Shown: positions 39,951 to 53,860, numbered from the whole stretch's first letter. The stretch: 61,667 bases of DNA, filler included, from Choristocarpus tenellus KU-1152 (GCA_964200185.2; 5 parts of 5 records of this genome joined end to end with filler, not necessarily neighbours in it), one strand, 5' to 3'. Notes: a model not told the origin generated them from the sequence alone. Translations and numbers: made by a program.

Positions 39951-42900
39951 ATGGCCGATCAAGTTCCGATGGTAATGTCAGACAAAGCTCGTGAAGGCAT
40001 GTCCCGAAGCCATGAACAGGAGACTATTGGACTGTTGCGCCGTATCCATCCAGTAAAAGACGGTGCTCTTCGTCGTCGAACACGGTTTTTCAAGGCTGTG
40101 CACTTCTTTGAGATCCGTTCGTCGGTGCTTCTGCTCTATAAGTCAAAAAAGCCTCCTCCGGGTTTTTTTGAGTCAATTTTTTCGAAACAGGCCGAGGACA
40201 CCTTGGAGGAGGAGACGATAAGGGCGCAATCAGACAGTGGACAGTGGGATGCAGCTTTTGATCTCACGGGGTCCACAATAACAGTGCTACCTGACGAGAA
40301 GCCGGGGTATTACCCCTTTAATATCAAGTTCCAAGGTGTCTTCGTCTTGAGTTTGTCTGTCATAGATGCTTGTGACAAGGACAGTCCTCAGCGAAGCTTG
40401 CATCTGACTGCTGATACAGCTGAGTCTAGGTAAGTGAAGGGTGTTCTTACCCCTCTTGCCAAAATAGTTTGTGGGATCTAAGTTGACAAGGAGAGAAAGT
40501 TGTACATCTTGTTTCTACCTGCAGAGAATTGTGTTTATGTTAAATCCGTTTACTGTTCAATGATGACCACATGCTGATATTTCTTTAAGCTTGTAATTCC
40601 AGAGATGGATACCTAGCGGCAATAGAGCAATTATCACATTATTGAATAGAAAAAACCTGTATGATTGTCAAAGAGAGCCTGTAGTATTTGCTCCCACCAC
40701 AGGAAACTCATTTCAAATGTTTTTCTTTGAATCGAAGAACACCATCCAAACCTTCCATGCTGGTGCTATAGTAGCGTCTGGACCCTGTGCTGCAGAGATT
40801 CTTCGATTTACAATTTAGACATGAAGCAAACTTTAGCTTCACATTAAAACTGATGAAACCTACTGCGGTTCAGAACGTTGGAAACGAAAAAATTCCTTCA
40901 GTTGTGCTTACATCAAAATGGTCAATTCTTGACTTGCCCTCGACTATGTGATGCCCCAATGGGTCAAGTTCGAAATGTGGTAAATGCAACTATTATCAGT
41001 CCTTACGAGCTCGGTCAATGCCATTTGGTGGGATTGTAAGTATGAGTGTCACTCATGTTCATTGTTTTCACATGTAGAGGTATAATGAAGTGAGGGTTGA
41101 ATTGAAAGTGTGCTTCGATGTACATTCTAATTGTGCAGACTTGTGATAAGTGAGTCCCATGTGATACTCCTGATTTGTCGGTCAATGCCTTGCAGGTCAG
41201 ATTGGGTTCGTCATTTTCGGTGGGCGGCAGGAGGTTTGTCGAGGGCCGACTTTGAGCCTTTAAAGACTGTGGGAAGGGGGCAGTGGGGAAAGGTATTCTT
41301 GGTGAAGAAGACCTCAGGACTAGTGGCGGGTAGAGCATCTGGAGATCCAGGGCTCATGGATGGAAGTAATGTGAGTCTCTGTTGCTTCTGTATGTTGTGT
41401 ATTTGACGGATGTATTTGCAGGACTATGGTGGTTATTGTGTTGAGTATCACTCATATGTTGTTTTGTGTCTGTTTTTCTTGCAGCTTGTAATTGTAGTTT
41501 GATATCTTTTCTCATTAATCTCATCCGTGGTTGTGATAAGGCTGTGTATTCTAACGTGGGTTGACTTCAAATCTCTTTATGGTGCTTTGTGAAGTACATG
41601 TGGCACCTGATTGTCCAATCACCAGTTGATGACAATAGATGGATTTCCTGATGGTTTGGAGGTCTGCCTTACCAAGGTACAGTCTCGTGTAGATTCTCTG
41701 ACCTGTGAGGACCTGGGACAAATTATGTGAGTGAAGGCATAGATAGTCATGACTCATAGGTCCCTTGTGTAAAGTTGGTATATAAACAATGTTAATGTAT
41801 GGGAATTTCTGTAAAGGCAACTATTACACATCCTTGTCAACTTGTACTAGGTGATTTGCATAATGAAATTTTGTGTGCGGAATTTATTGATTATGATAAA
41901 TACGAACAGGCGATCAGTGATATCAAAATGGGTGTTGTGGAGTTTTTGTTACTGGTTTAGTGTGTTTTTGTTGATTCTGAGTTTTGCTACAAGATTGTGT
42001 TGCAAACAGATAGGCTTGCCAATTAATACTCTATAGTCTATTTGGATGATGCATTTCAGGTGAATACTATGGCTTGGTGTTGGTGCAGTGTAGAAATTCA
42101 TGGTTTTGGTTTTCAGTGGAATGGTGTTTTTCTTCTTACTTCCTGTCATCTAGTACTGATGGAAGTTGTATGGGTGAAAATGAAGCAAAGTGACTACTTG
42201 AAGAGTCATTGAATAGATGAACCAACCTCTGACCTCAACACTCAACGAGATCCACATAATCTGCTTATGTGAAAAGTCCAAGTGGATTTACCTTTGATAT
42301 TTGGCATGTGGTAGAGTAGGAATCACATCTGATTCTTGAAAACTTCCAAGGTGTGTTGCTTGGAATACCTTACCATTAAGGATATAGCCTTGTATGCATG
42401 CTAAACTGCAAGCAGTTGACGCTGCATCAACTATTTGTAGCATACTTGAATTCTGAGGTCATCGTTGATGCTGTGAGCCTTGTTTCTCTTTTGTGATATC
42501 TAGTCTAATTCTTGAGAGTAAAACAAACCCAGCAGGTTTTCAAGTTTGTATTTTGTTTTTGGCAAGGTGTTGCTAAACCCTATACAAATTACTCAAAAAT
42601 TGTCTCATGCCACAGGTTGAGCTACTTGCCCTCAAGGAGGTTCAGCTGGGATCAAACACCAACATCAGTCACGTACAAAACGAAAGGCTCATCATGCAAG
42701 CAGTTCCTTCCCATCAGTTTATTGTGGGAATGCTTTACGCATTCAGGACACCAAGGTGCGGTTAATGGGACATTATTTTTGCTCTCTACCATATGGTAGT
42801 GAGAATGTATTCTTGTGCTAGTACTATAACTAGTCGCATCTTGCCCTTGAGTTTGCATCTGTTCTTCTGCTTGACTAGAAGTACGGTTGTAGATAAAACC

Positions 42901-45900
42901 ACTGTGTTGGAGGTAGCCTATAAAGAGTTAATATCTCTTGGTTGTGATATTTGTAGGTTGCGGATTTTCTCAGTGTCTGATGACTCTTAAGAGTGATGAG
43001 GGAAGAATCGTATTCCTTCCTTTCCTCACTACCTCCTTTTTGTTCATGAACCTACTCACTTTCAGGTTCCTGTATTATGCACTTGACTTCATGAATGGAG
43101 GGGATCTTTTCCGCCACTGGAGAAAGCACCGAGACAGGCGCATGGAAATGGCACCCTTCTATGCGGCTGAGGTATGGTGATGCAGATGATGGTAACATGA
43201 TTATTTTGTCACTACTGATGAGAGGGAAAGAGGTACAACTACATCCCTTCCACTTGCTTGATGTATGATGTAATTACATTTTGACATTGCCATCTATGGT
43301 CAAAATGTGAATGAAAGTTCCTTGGTTGTTCTTGTAAGTGTGACTATTGTGTGTGCCTGTTTGAAGAATGATTTCTATGAATTAACAATTGTGGGGATGG
43401 AATAGGAGGTAGTTTATTCCCAGAGTTACTTGGTTGAACTTGATCAATATCTTCAATTGTTCAGAGATAATAAGAAGAAATCCTAATAGTATCGTTGAGT
43501 CTTTGGAAGACCCTTTCCTGGCATGCATGACAAAGCATGGAGACACATAATGAAAAATCATTGCAGAATGCTAGGGTTGAGTTGATCTCATCACAGATAA
43601 ATTGTTGCGTTTCATGTTGCTGGTTGGGGTTTGGGATGTGCAGGTGCTCCTGGCCCTGCAGCATCTTCACAAGCACTGTGTCATCTATCGAGACCTCAAG
43701 CCAGAGAATGTACTCTTGGACTCCCAAGGTGTGCATGCTGAGTATTAATCATCCATTAGTTTGGCGTAGACACTACTCTGTCTTGGTAACCTCCCGTTTA
43801 TAGGCATAAATGTATAAGGCTTCACTTCTATTCTGTGTTGGAAGAAGGGGAGTCAAATTATCTTAGAGGTTAGGGCCGCATCCATAGGGGGCAAAAATCC
43901 AATGTTACAATTTTGATGTAACTTAGGCTATCGTTTTTCTCGGGAGATGTCAATATCCTTGTTCCGGACACAAAAATTTTGGAGTAGGTAAAATGTCATT
44001 AAAACCCTGTGGGAAACCAAGTCCCAAATGGACAAACAGGGAAAAACTCATACCCTCCAAGACACTTTCACTCAGGGTCAATAAAATACTCTGTGATTAC
44101 TGACTCTTCGCTAGAAGTGTTGAAGATAGGCATTGGATTGGTTGAACACATTTCACTATTCCCCTTATTGGCATTCAATATTTTCCCAGTTGTAATGCTG
44201 CTAGAGAGTGATCCTCCTTTAAAGGGTCTGATGACAAGGAGTAGAAACGCAAATCCAGGATTGCACCTGGGTTCCTGTAGCATGCATGGGAGATCGACTG
44301 AGGTGTCAAGAAGGTCCTTGACTCGAACCTTGTTTGCAGTCGGGGCTCAGGATGAGAGTGATCACTGCTGTGATATCATGGAAGCAAAAGGTTGTCATCT
44401 CAGTGTGATGTCCTCTGATGATGAAAACCTATGGTGATTCGCTCAATAGCTTGGACATTGTAGGTTCGCATCCTTTATATCTCAATGTCAGCTCTTAGAG
44501 AGGTATCAGACATTTCAATTAAAGGGCAGGGTTGTTACTTGCCTTCCTTGGTATTTGAGTGCAACCTCCAGTTATTCTTATTTCTTTCCATCAAGGAGGG
44601 CTTGTTGTGAGAAAGTTTGTGTTGTCATTGGTGATATGTTATCCACTGCCTATTCCTTTGAATCTAGCATGACTGTTGAGAAATGAGGTGAGGTGCTTAC
44701 AGTTGGCATAATGGTTAAAGTTACGGTGTATTTTAGTGATGTGCTATGTAGTGATATTTTGGTATTCCTAAGACACCTGTATTGACGAGCCCCCATGTTT
44801 GAATTGGATAGGACAGGGGTTTGTCAAAATCCATGTCAAATGGGAAGAAGGTAGAGCCTATGTGAGCCTTTCGTGACAGATACTAGTACATATGAATGAT
44901 TGTGTCAGACATAATACTTTGGCATTGCATGCACCTTACTATTGTCCACACTCTGTGTGAGACTGGAGATAGGAAGGTTGACTTCATTTTGGTAGTTAAT
45001 TTGTTCGGCTTAATTGTTGTGCAGGTTTTTACTGTTGAGAAACTTTTCTGGTTAGTATTCATTTCATGACTTCCTTGCGATTTTTTACGCTTATTTTCTC
45101 ATCCTGCCAGGGCATATCCGATTGGCTGACCTGGGCCTAGCGAAGGTGCTCAACAGCCCCTCTGACAGGACAAGCAGGTGATTGTGCTTATGCCCCTGTA
45201 CTGTTTGGACTCAATTTTTTTTAAAGTACTACTTGAGGGTCTCTCGCTTACATTTTTTTAGTTTGAGCTTCAAACTTTGATGGTTGCTCCATTACAAGCA
45301 TAGTTTCTGACCACAGGTAGTGTAGTCTTATAGAGTAGTGAGGTCATGGATCAACCTATTGAAGTCATTGCCAAAAGCTTGCACATGGCCAAGTGCCACA
45401 TGAGAGCACCTGCATCAGCATTGCATTGGTAGTTGAACATGATGTTTTACTGCTTCTACTGTTGGGTCAATAAATATCAACTGTTTCAACTTGTCCTTTG
45501 CACAAGTTGATCCATGGTCATGTCCAGACCACTGCCATGCTATTTACCTTGACTGATGAAAAGCCCTTAGTACAACGTAATTCCACTGAAGTCACCTGGG
45601 TATACATACTGAGCAAACAAAAAGGCTTGAAATGACATTTCCTGAACAAAAGAAAATTCTTTGGAAAGAAGCTGATTGGAGGTTGACTTACCGGAGAACT
45701 TAGGTTGCTTGACATTAGCAGCTACTTGATTATGAGTGCTCACTGTTTGAAACCTGTTTGAAGTAGAAGTGTCCAAGATTTGTACTTGAGGTTGAAAGTT
45801 TGACAAATAATTTGTTGAACATCTCTGCAATTAACTCAGGTCCTCACAACAACAAATTGTATTGCTTGTATTGTCTATTTTTGTGATCAATGTCAGGGTT

Positions 45901-47058
45901 AAAAAAGAGATAGCGAGTGCAAATGCAAAAACTTAGAGAATACCATTATATATATACAACTAAAGCCTTCGTTTCTACTTCTCGTGAAATCTGTCAGGAT
46001 GCTCTTCAAAATATTTTGATATCAACAAGAATCATATTCCTGGTGACCTTCCAACCAAAAAGGAGCAAATAATTCCGATTCTGATTTTAAATGACGGCAA
46101 GAGTTGATGCAACCTTGAGATACGTAGTAGATGTCAAATCGTTAAGTTTCTAACTTCATTTCTTTGAGGTGAAGGCTGATATTTTATTATAAATTCAATT
46201 GAGGATTTTCATGACATAATGCGTGAAATCATATTTTTTTATTTTACTAAGTATGCAGTAAATTTCTGAACACAAGTATGTTAGTGAAGGGTATTTATGA
46301 TAGCATTTTCTCCACCCCTTCACTTTTTGTCAAAAACAGAAGTTTAGCCTCAAGTAGGAATTATACCACAACAAGCTGCAGTTGAGCTCATTTTCGGTCT
46401 TGATTGAAAATTTCTCATGTCAAACTTTGATTATTGTGCATAATATTATGTCAAGGTTATTTGAAATATATCATTTTGTATTTGTTAGAATATGTGGTTG
46501 CTTCTCTCAAAATGGTGTTACGGTTGTTGATATACGACCCAATTTCTATGAACCAAAGGCATTCTCTGTAATAAACATGTTTGCAACTCTGTTCTTAGAT
46601 CATGTGAAACGTTGAGTGGTGATATAAAAATTTTGTAAGAGCAAGCTGTTGCTTCAAGTCACTTTAGATGTTACCATGTGCCACAAGTTTTGAATCATAC
46701 AAGGGTTGTCTAGTCAAAATGCACTCAATGTGCAGCTCACTAATACACCCTTCAGCCATGTCCATTGTTCCTCGCCTACCTTCTGTTGTGACTCATGAAC
46801 TTCCCTTCCAATGACTGCAGCTTTTGTGGCACGGAGGCATATCTTGCACCAGAGATGATCTTACGGCTCATGTATGGGACATCCGTAGACTTCTGGCAGT
46901 ATGGTTGTTTTGTGTATGAGCTCTATGCAGGTCGCTCACCTTTCTGGCTGCCTCGTAAGCCTCGAAAATTTATTCGTGAGAATATTCTGAATGGTGTATT
47001 TGCATATCCTTCGGTGGTACCAGAAGCAGCAAAGGGAATCACTGGTGCGCTCCTTCAG
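39951..47058 (+). CDS. PH-domain AGC-group Ser/Thr protein kinase (Akt/PKB-like architecture); 3' end cut by the gap
   Basis: Exons 39951-40429, 41196-41370, 42616-42755, 43066-43171, 43644-43728, 45111-45177, 46821-47058. PH domain (VKDGALRRR...[13 protein letters not shown]...[13 protein letters not shown]), then [66 protein letters not shown]. Confidence 0.93.
43854..44069 (+). mobile_element. MITE family 2, full-length, in a kinase intron
   Basis: CAAATTATCTTAGAGGTTAGGGCCGCATCCAT...ACTCATACCCTCCAAGACACTTTC; homologous to 19873-20111 and 52000-52260. Confidence 0.8.
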
Positions 47059-47149
47059 GTGTGTCAAGTCTGTGTGATAATTTTGTTCTGTATTGTGCAA
47101 TATAGACTAATAGTCTATATGGTTTATAGTATAAAAGTGAATGAAGTAA

Positions 47150-47218
47150 TGTAACTTGAACTTATAAGCGACGGACGTAGTGTAACTTGAACTTATAAGT
47201 GACTGACGTAGTGTAACT
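47150..47218. repeat. 31-bp tandem duplication (2.2 copies)
   Basis: TGTAACTTGAACTTATAAG(C/T)GAC(G/T)GACGTAG twice, then TGTAACT. Confidence 0.9.
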
Positions 47219-47248
47219 ATCACAAACATGTTTAAACATATTTCTGAC

Positions 47249-47348
47249 NNNNNNNNNNNNNNNNNNNNNNNNNNNNNNNNNNNNNNNNNNNNTTAATTAA
47301 TTAANNNNNNNNNNNNNNNNNNNNNNNNNNNNNNNNNNNNNNNNNNNN
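47249..47348. other. Artificial contig spacer
   Basis: N44-TTAATTAATTAA-N44. Confidence 0.97.
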
Positions 47349-47435
47349 CCCCCCAGATACTTTGGGTCTGCCAACACACACACACACACATGTTCACACA
47401 ATATTTCCCTGCCATGACCTCCTCACGAAAAAAAG

Positions 47436-50400
47436 GTCATTCACCCCCAATCGTGGTGGTGATATACTGCTATGAGTATGGCAATCAGTGGTTCCAAAAT
47501 TGGGGGCCCTCTAGTGTTGGGAAGGGACTGGGAGGCTCAGAGGAATCTGTTGTGTTCATATCAAGGGAGTTGGCCCACCTAGGCTATTGGGTGGAGGTCT
47601 ATGCCGACCCATCTCCAGGTGACACAGGTTTGGACCTTGGCTGGACCTACAACAGGGCTGGGGGAGCAGATTCAAGAGGGGGTGTGGTGTGGTACCCGTA
47701 TACAGCTTACGATATATCTCAACCAGCGGATATATTTGTAGCTTGGAGGTGAGGAAAGAGTTGTTCATGGTTTGTGTGGCATGGGAATTGTATGCGTGAC
47801 AGAGATTTGTGCAGTGCGATTTTGTGGCATGTTGTGACGGAGACGATCAGGGTAATAAAGACATGTCAAGTTTGAGGGGTGTACAAGGTATGGAACCAAC
47901 AACATAAACGCACATGCAGCAATGCATGAGGTTAAATTACATCTCTGTACATTACACCGTTGCTTGTTGACCCTATTTGCCCTCCTGCAACACCCAACAC
48001 CCCACCCCATCTTCTTGTTCATTTTTCATCCTGGGGCCACTACTTCTGGACCGACTGCAATTAGTTGTGTCAAACGTTGCTTATGTTGTCATTGCCCCAA
48101 AAACATTTTTGCCTTCGGAGCAGGTACCACATCAGCCTCGCCCTGGGACAGCGTAGCCGGCGTCGATTCTTGTGGCTGCAGGTGAAAGAAGTTGGGAAAG
48201 CAGATGTTGAAGAATAGTCTATTAATTGTAGTGAGAAGATTAATAATGTCAAATAGGATATAATAGGTTGAGGGAGGTACCATATATTTTCCCAAGCACT
48301 TTCTTAATATTTTCTAGAATCGATGTTGATATTCTACACACCACTGTGGTACACTCACCTTGCAACATCCCTTACCCCTTACACTATAATATTTTGTTGC
48401 CATTATTCCCAGTGAGTGACGACAGCAGCAGTATTTGTGTAAATCTATTTTGATAAGTGTATAATAACTTCTCAAATTTCAGCACTTCACAGCTTGAAGA
48501 TCGATCATAGATCAGCTTCCGATTCACAGGCATCTACTGCTGCTCTGTTTCATTTGCAGGGTTGCACGTGGAGCTCTAGCAGTTTCCCATTGCTTTATTT
48601 CACCTCTGCATTCCAATAATATTCTGTTTCTACTGTAGAATCTGATTCCCCTCACTGCAGCCCTAGGTCTTCCTTGATTCACCCTACATTCAGCTCAATT
48701 CATGAGAGATGTAGGACTTGATCAGTTGAAGAGAGTAGGATGTAGTGCGTCGAGTTTAGCTGGTTCTAGTTCAACGTACATCAGGAGAAGGATACCATCA
48801 CAAACGCTACCTGCCATTTTACCCCGTCTCCGTTTGATAGAAGACACCAAACCATTACTGACATTATCCAAAACATCACTGCTTGATGGGTTTGGTTGCT
48901 CTGAGACATACTTTATTTTTTCCCCTTTCCCCATCATCTTCTTTCTCCTACTTTACCCTCCTTCCTCTAGCTGTAGCCCCAGCTACTACTTCTTAACCTC
49001 ACTCCCCACATGCATACACAGGTCGCCCTCGGCATCTCCTGAACCAGCACAAACTTACCTTACATCCCCTCCTGATTACCCTCCCCCTCCAAAAAACACT
49101 GCTTCCCCCACAACATCCAATCTTTGGCATTTCCCGATGTTTCTCCTTCCCTTTCTCACAATACCCCCTTCACCCTCTTACCTCCCCCTGGTGGCAGGAT
49201 AACCCGGGCTATTCCTTCCCGCCCATTCTAAGGACAAAATTGGATGGAATATTTTGCCTCAGCAAATTCCATGCCGGCATGTTATCGGAGCCAATGCAGC
49301 CAATGGCCAGGGTGGTGAGAGGCTGGCATGGGTGGAATGGTTGGGTTGGGCGCTTTCCTAGGCAGAGTCGAAAATTCAAGGGAGTGGGTTAGGGTCCTGT
49401 TCTGGCATACTTTGTCTTGTTAACCTTCTTCTGATGCAGTACTCCTTCAATTACCGCACTATATGTCCATCTCACACCGAAGTACATCCATCCCCAGTGT
49501 CATCATCCCCCCAACAGCAGCTGCTGCTCAATAGCAGATAATGGTCTGTGGGTTTTACACATCGATCTGTCTGATGGTGTTTTCTTCAGTTGCCTCATTT
49601 GTAGGACATGATCAGGACACGGAGCCCAGCACTTAGCACAGAGGATGGCCCCAGCAAAAATAATGATGGACTTGTTAATCTCTATGCATGCACGTAATAT
49701 GGACTTTACACCCTTATCAAATATAGCCGCCACTCCAAGTGTCACGCACGACCTTTGGGGCGCCGAGTGCTCAAATAGCAGTTTCATATCTCGGTGGTTT
49801 GTTCTCGATCAAATGCCGGTAGATCTAAAGGTAGATCTAAAGGTAGATCTAAATGGATCTGTCGGAGTAACTCAGGTGGTTGACTCTCTTCTTGACAATA
49901 ATTCTCTTCCTTTCTCCTTAGTTCGTAACCCAGTACATGTAATGCTGTTGTCACTGACAAGTCTTCATGGAAACATGTGCTCAAACCCCCAGATTCCAAA
50001 CGGTATTGATCCACAATATCTAACAGATGGGGAGAATAGGCCAGATGTGTTTGTGTATGGTAGCTCGCCTTCCCGTGGTCTTCACACAGGTAAGAAAAAA
50101 CAATATCTATTCATAGTTCTCATAGTATCTAGCTGGAGCAATATATATGGAAATATCTCATGTTGGGGTTGAGTTCAGTGGTAAAAGAGCGAAGAGTTAA
50201 GACCCGAGATTGACAAATAAATAAGTAAATAGCACAAATGTTCTTCAAAACAGATGGTAAATTTATAACCGGACCGTTTTGCAAAGAGTCGTTTTTTTTC
50301 GTTGGTTTGTTTTTTCATCTGCAACGCTGAGCAGATTTCATTTTGTATCACTTGTGATTTTGTTCATCGTCAACCTTCCTCATTCTCGATTTTGAGCATT

Positions 50401-53400
50401 AGTAAGCAAGAGGCACACAGCTTTTGGCCGTTTTGCATGTTAAGCCATTTTTTTTTCCAACTTGTTGCAATTCAATCGTATGTTCTATGGATCAAGTGCG
50501 AAGCTTGACTTGAGAGCATTGATTTCTCTACCGATTGAAACTCTTTAACAGGATTCAGAAAACGTTCCAGTACCCATCTGAAGAAAAAGGTGACAAGAAT
50601 TGCACACAGTGTCCTTAAAGTACAACTCTGGATACCTCTCGTTCACTTTGACTCTCTATGCCACAACCCTGCTACATGTGCCGTCTGCCTCTATCCCTAT
50701 TTTGGCCCCCAACTGGGACCGTTGTCATCAGTCTTGTTGACGTGGCCTCAAATTCGTGCTGGTGTGCCAACAGCTACTCTTGAGGTGGGAGTCCCTGATG
50801 ATGAAGGATTGCCCATGCCACCATATGTGTTATGTGGGTGGAGGTCACCTAGAATGTCATCCTGAGCGGCGTTTCAAGATTTGGTACCATTGCTCAGCTG
50901 GGGTTTTTTGCTGTTGTCTTGGTTCTCCATTTGCAAGAATTGTAGTCAGCTTCCATACTCGGGCTGCTACAATTCAATACCGACCATCATTGAGGCTGCA
51001 AGATGTGAAACCGAACATAGTTGTATTGCTGTTGAGATGCCTTTATAGAGGATCTATAAACTTGCTTGTCCCCAAAACGTAACTATGAGAGCTGATCGAA
51101 TAAGAGCATATTGGGCATACAGTAAGGGATCAGACAAGGCTACCTATTGGAGTGTACTTTAGGCACTTCCTATGTGTTGCCGAGAATATGGCAGCATCCC
51201 AGGACAAAGGGTGAGAAACAAAAGAATAAAGAGGCATTTTACCTCCCTCATGCAAGCAATTTCTCACTTTTCAGGACTTGAGTATCTTGGATCACCATGA
51301 AGTACCTTCCAGTATGCAATGGAACCATGTTCTCTATGTTCTGTGTGCAGCTGTGCTCCTCTAGCTACAGCAGTAAGTTTCTCATACCAAGCAACCACTT
51401 GTAACTCCCCATGGACTTGAACACACATCCATCATTATAAACCCTGCCATCTCCTGCAGGTGTATTATGGCTTCAGTGACAGTTTCATGGTGTGGGGGAA
51501 GGCCAATATTCTTCACTTCGATGAATGGATCATAGAGATGAACACACTACTGGGGCAAGAGGGGGTGATATACAAAGGTGTGCAGGATGGAAGTGGAATG
51601 CTGCAACTCTCCGACTTTGGTATGGATGGGAAGTTGGGTGATATGGGAGGTCATTGAGATGTTTTTTCGTTGAAGTGCTACTGTGGAGTGCCTATCAAGG
51701 TGGGACAAAATGGCTGACCTGGGTCACATGGATCCATGCAGATTTCATTTGCTTGAACTATTATTCGTTTTGAGATTGATCTATTTCCATCCTTGTCAGT
51801 ATTGGCATCCAGAATGTGTTGCCTGCCCCCCATCCATACGCCAACACTTGCCTCAGGTCAGAAACAGATACCTTGCAATCAGCATTGTTTCGGAGTCATT
51901 CAGGCTGAGAAAATGAGCATGTATGGAGAGGGTTTGAACTCAAAGAATATTCTTGGCGCTTATCAGCAGGAAAACACACTTTGAAGTATTTTCTAGACTC
52001 AAATCATTTAAGAGGGTAGGGCCGCATCCATGGGATCATAAATCCAATGTTGCGATTTTGATGGATTTTGGCTATTGTCTTGTTAGCAAGTGTCAATACC
52101 CTTGCTCTGGACACACCTTTCATAGTCGTATACACTTTAGGGTTAGGGTTAGTGTTCACACAGAAAACCGAAAAAAGGCATAGAAACCTGTGGGAAACCA
52201 AGCCCCAAACGGACGAACAGGGCAAAATTCCAATGTTTTCCTACCCTCTTAAATGCTTTGGACCCTACTGTTCTTCCAATATCATTAACTAAGTCAATGG
52301 ATGGAAATACGGTCTTCTTGAATGAAAGTGATAACAGATTTTGAGAGTACCTCAATATAAATGGTTATTATCATACGTGATGACAAATATAGCTGCAGTT
52401 TGAGTGGTTGGGAGCACTATAAAAGTTTGCTTCAACTACTCCAGACTACTTCGCGCCCTCCCAATAAATATGCATTGGCGCTGTCCTCCAAAGTGCTGCT
52501 TCAAATTATGCATTGATATTTAGTTTGCATCCTGTATCGTGGCATGTTAAGCTGAACACAAGCTTCAAGGTTGCATTTTCTCTGAAGTGTGCCCTTCTGG
52601 GATGTTACAATATCTGCCATCTCTCTGGAAGGTCTGTTATCAAGATATTTTGTGCTTTCTACTTGTAAGTACTTGTGACTGAAATGGTAATTTAGCAAAG
52701 TGCAGGTTGTGCCACTACTGCCACTGGCAGTCGGAATAGGTGATAATATGTTTTTCTTATACTCCATCTTTGATTCATCCATTCATCAACTCTGCTGGAT
52801 TTGGTCAGGAATGGTCGATCACCACACCCTTGCAGAGGCTTATGCACGAGCAGGCTTCATACTCTACCCAACAACATTTCCTGGTGAGAGCTATCACCTG
52901 AGTGTGAAACAGGAGTTATTCAGAAAAAGTACCTAGCCTTCAGTAATCTTACCTAATATGTGCATGCACATCTCTATATACATGTGTGTGTGTATGTTGA
53001 TCTACCATGCACTTTTATCTATTCACCTATGTGCCTTCATTCACCACCTACTTTGTCCAAGCTCCCTCAACAACCCTACTTATTGTAAGCAATAGACCTA
53101 CCAACACTAGCTGCATCTTCAAGTTTGTCTATGTGGAGTGCATGACTACTACGGAGTAACATGTTGTACATGGAGGTATATGCCTTGTGTCCCAATAGTT
53201 GCTTGCATGGATGTGTACATGTATCATGTGTGTGTGCCCTTCTGATTACACACTTGGGCGCACATGTAATCTCTAGAAACGTCCTCTTTTTGCATAGGGA
53301 ACAGTACCATTTTACTGCTAATATATTGAAGGTCACACCCTCCTGTTACCAATGATGCTTCTTTGAGCAATTATGCTTTTACCTTGTCTTCCTTCTGTGC

Positions 53401-53860
53401 CCGCCTTTCAACATCCCGGTTACCTCTCTCAGAGACAGGATGTGTTACTCTTATGAAGGCCCAGGCAATGGGGGCCATCCCCATCACCAGCCGATTCCCG
53501 CCCTCCTCCCTTCCGGAGTTAACAAACCAGTGGGATATGGGACCTGAGCGAGGTCTCCCCATTGATGCCAAATCTCCTTTTGACTACCCCGAGTGGATGA
53601 AACGCTGGGTAGATGCAGTAATACTGGCCTCAAGGACTGACAGCCAGGAGAGGAAGAAGGCTGCAGAGAGAGGAGGACATTGGGGCAATGGAGTAGGAAG
53701 TGATAATGTGGCCAAGGATGATGTGGGTGATTCGGTGGGAGTCACAGTTCAGGAGCACCGGATAGCAATGAAGATGGTATCTAGGGAGAGGTTCTTGTGG
53801 AGCAGCGCTGCACGTCTGTGGTCAGCTGAGCTTTCAGGAGATTGGGGTGTTAGATTATGA
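47436..53860 (+). CDS. GT-B fold glycosyltransferase (GT4-like), C-terminal part
   Basis: Exons ~47436-47748, 48124-48181, 49198-49314, 49993-50089, 50732-50784, 51460-51577, 52809-52883, 53433-53860; phase-consistent. Motifs: GLGGSEESVVFISRELAHLGYWVEVY, DIFVAWR, LWLQD, IFCLSKFH, IPNGID, YGSSPSRGL, WPQIR, VYYGF, LYPTTFPETGCVTLMKAQAMGAIPITS. Confidence 0.88.
49818..49853. repeat. 12-bp minisatellite, 3 copies (intronic)
   Basis: GGTAGATCTAAA repeated three times. Confidence 0.85.
52000..52260 (+). mobile_element. MITE family 2, full-length, with an internal TTAGGG tract
   Basis: Terminal inverted repeats CAAATCATTTAAGAGGGTAGG...CCTACCCTCTTAAATGCTTTG; collinear with the reverse complement of 56952-57199. 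Confidence 0.85.

Noticed and set aside
47150-47218. Possible CRISPR array (31-bp repeats)
   Set aside because: The repeats are directly adjacent with no spacers, in a eukaryotic intron, with no cas genes.
48702-49202. 166-aa Pro/Ser-rich ORF
   Set aside because: It is the pyrimidine-rich 3' part of a GT intron, ending at the 49198 acceptor, with no recognisable domain.
50165-50232. tRNA or tRNA-derived SINE
   Set aside because: Only an A-box-like stretch; no B box or cloverleaf.
16057-53860. Polysaccharide gene cluster (GH135 plus GT4, as in fungal GAG clusters)
   Set aside because: The genes lie on different contigs separated by artificial spacers.
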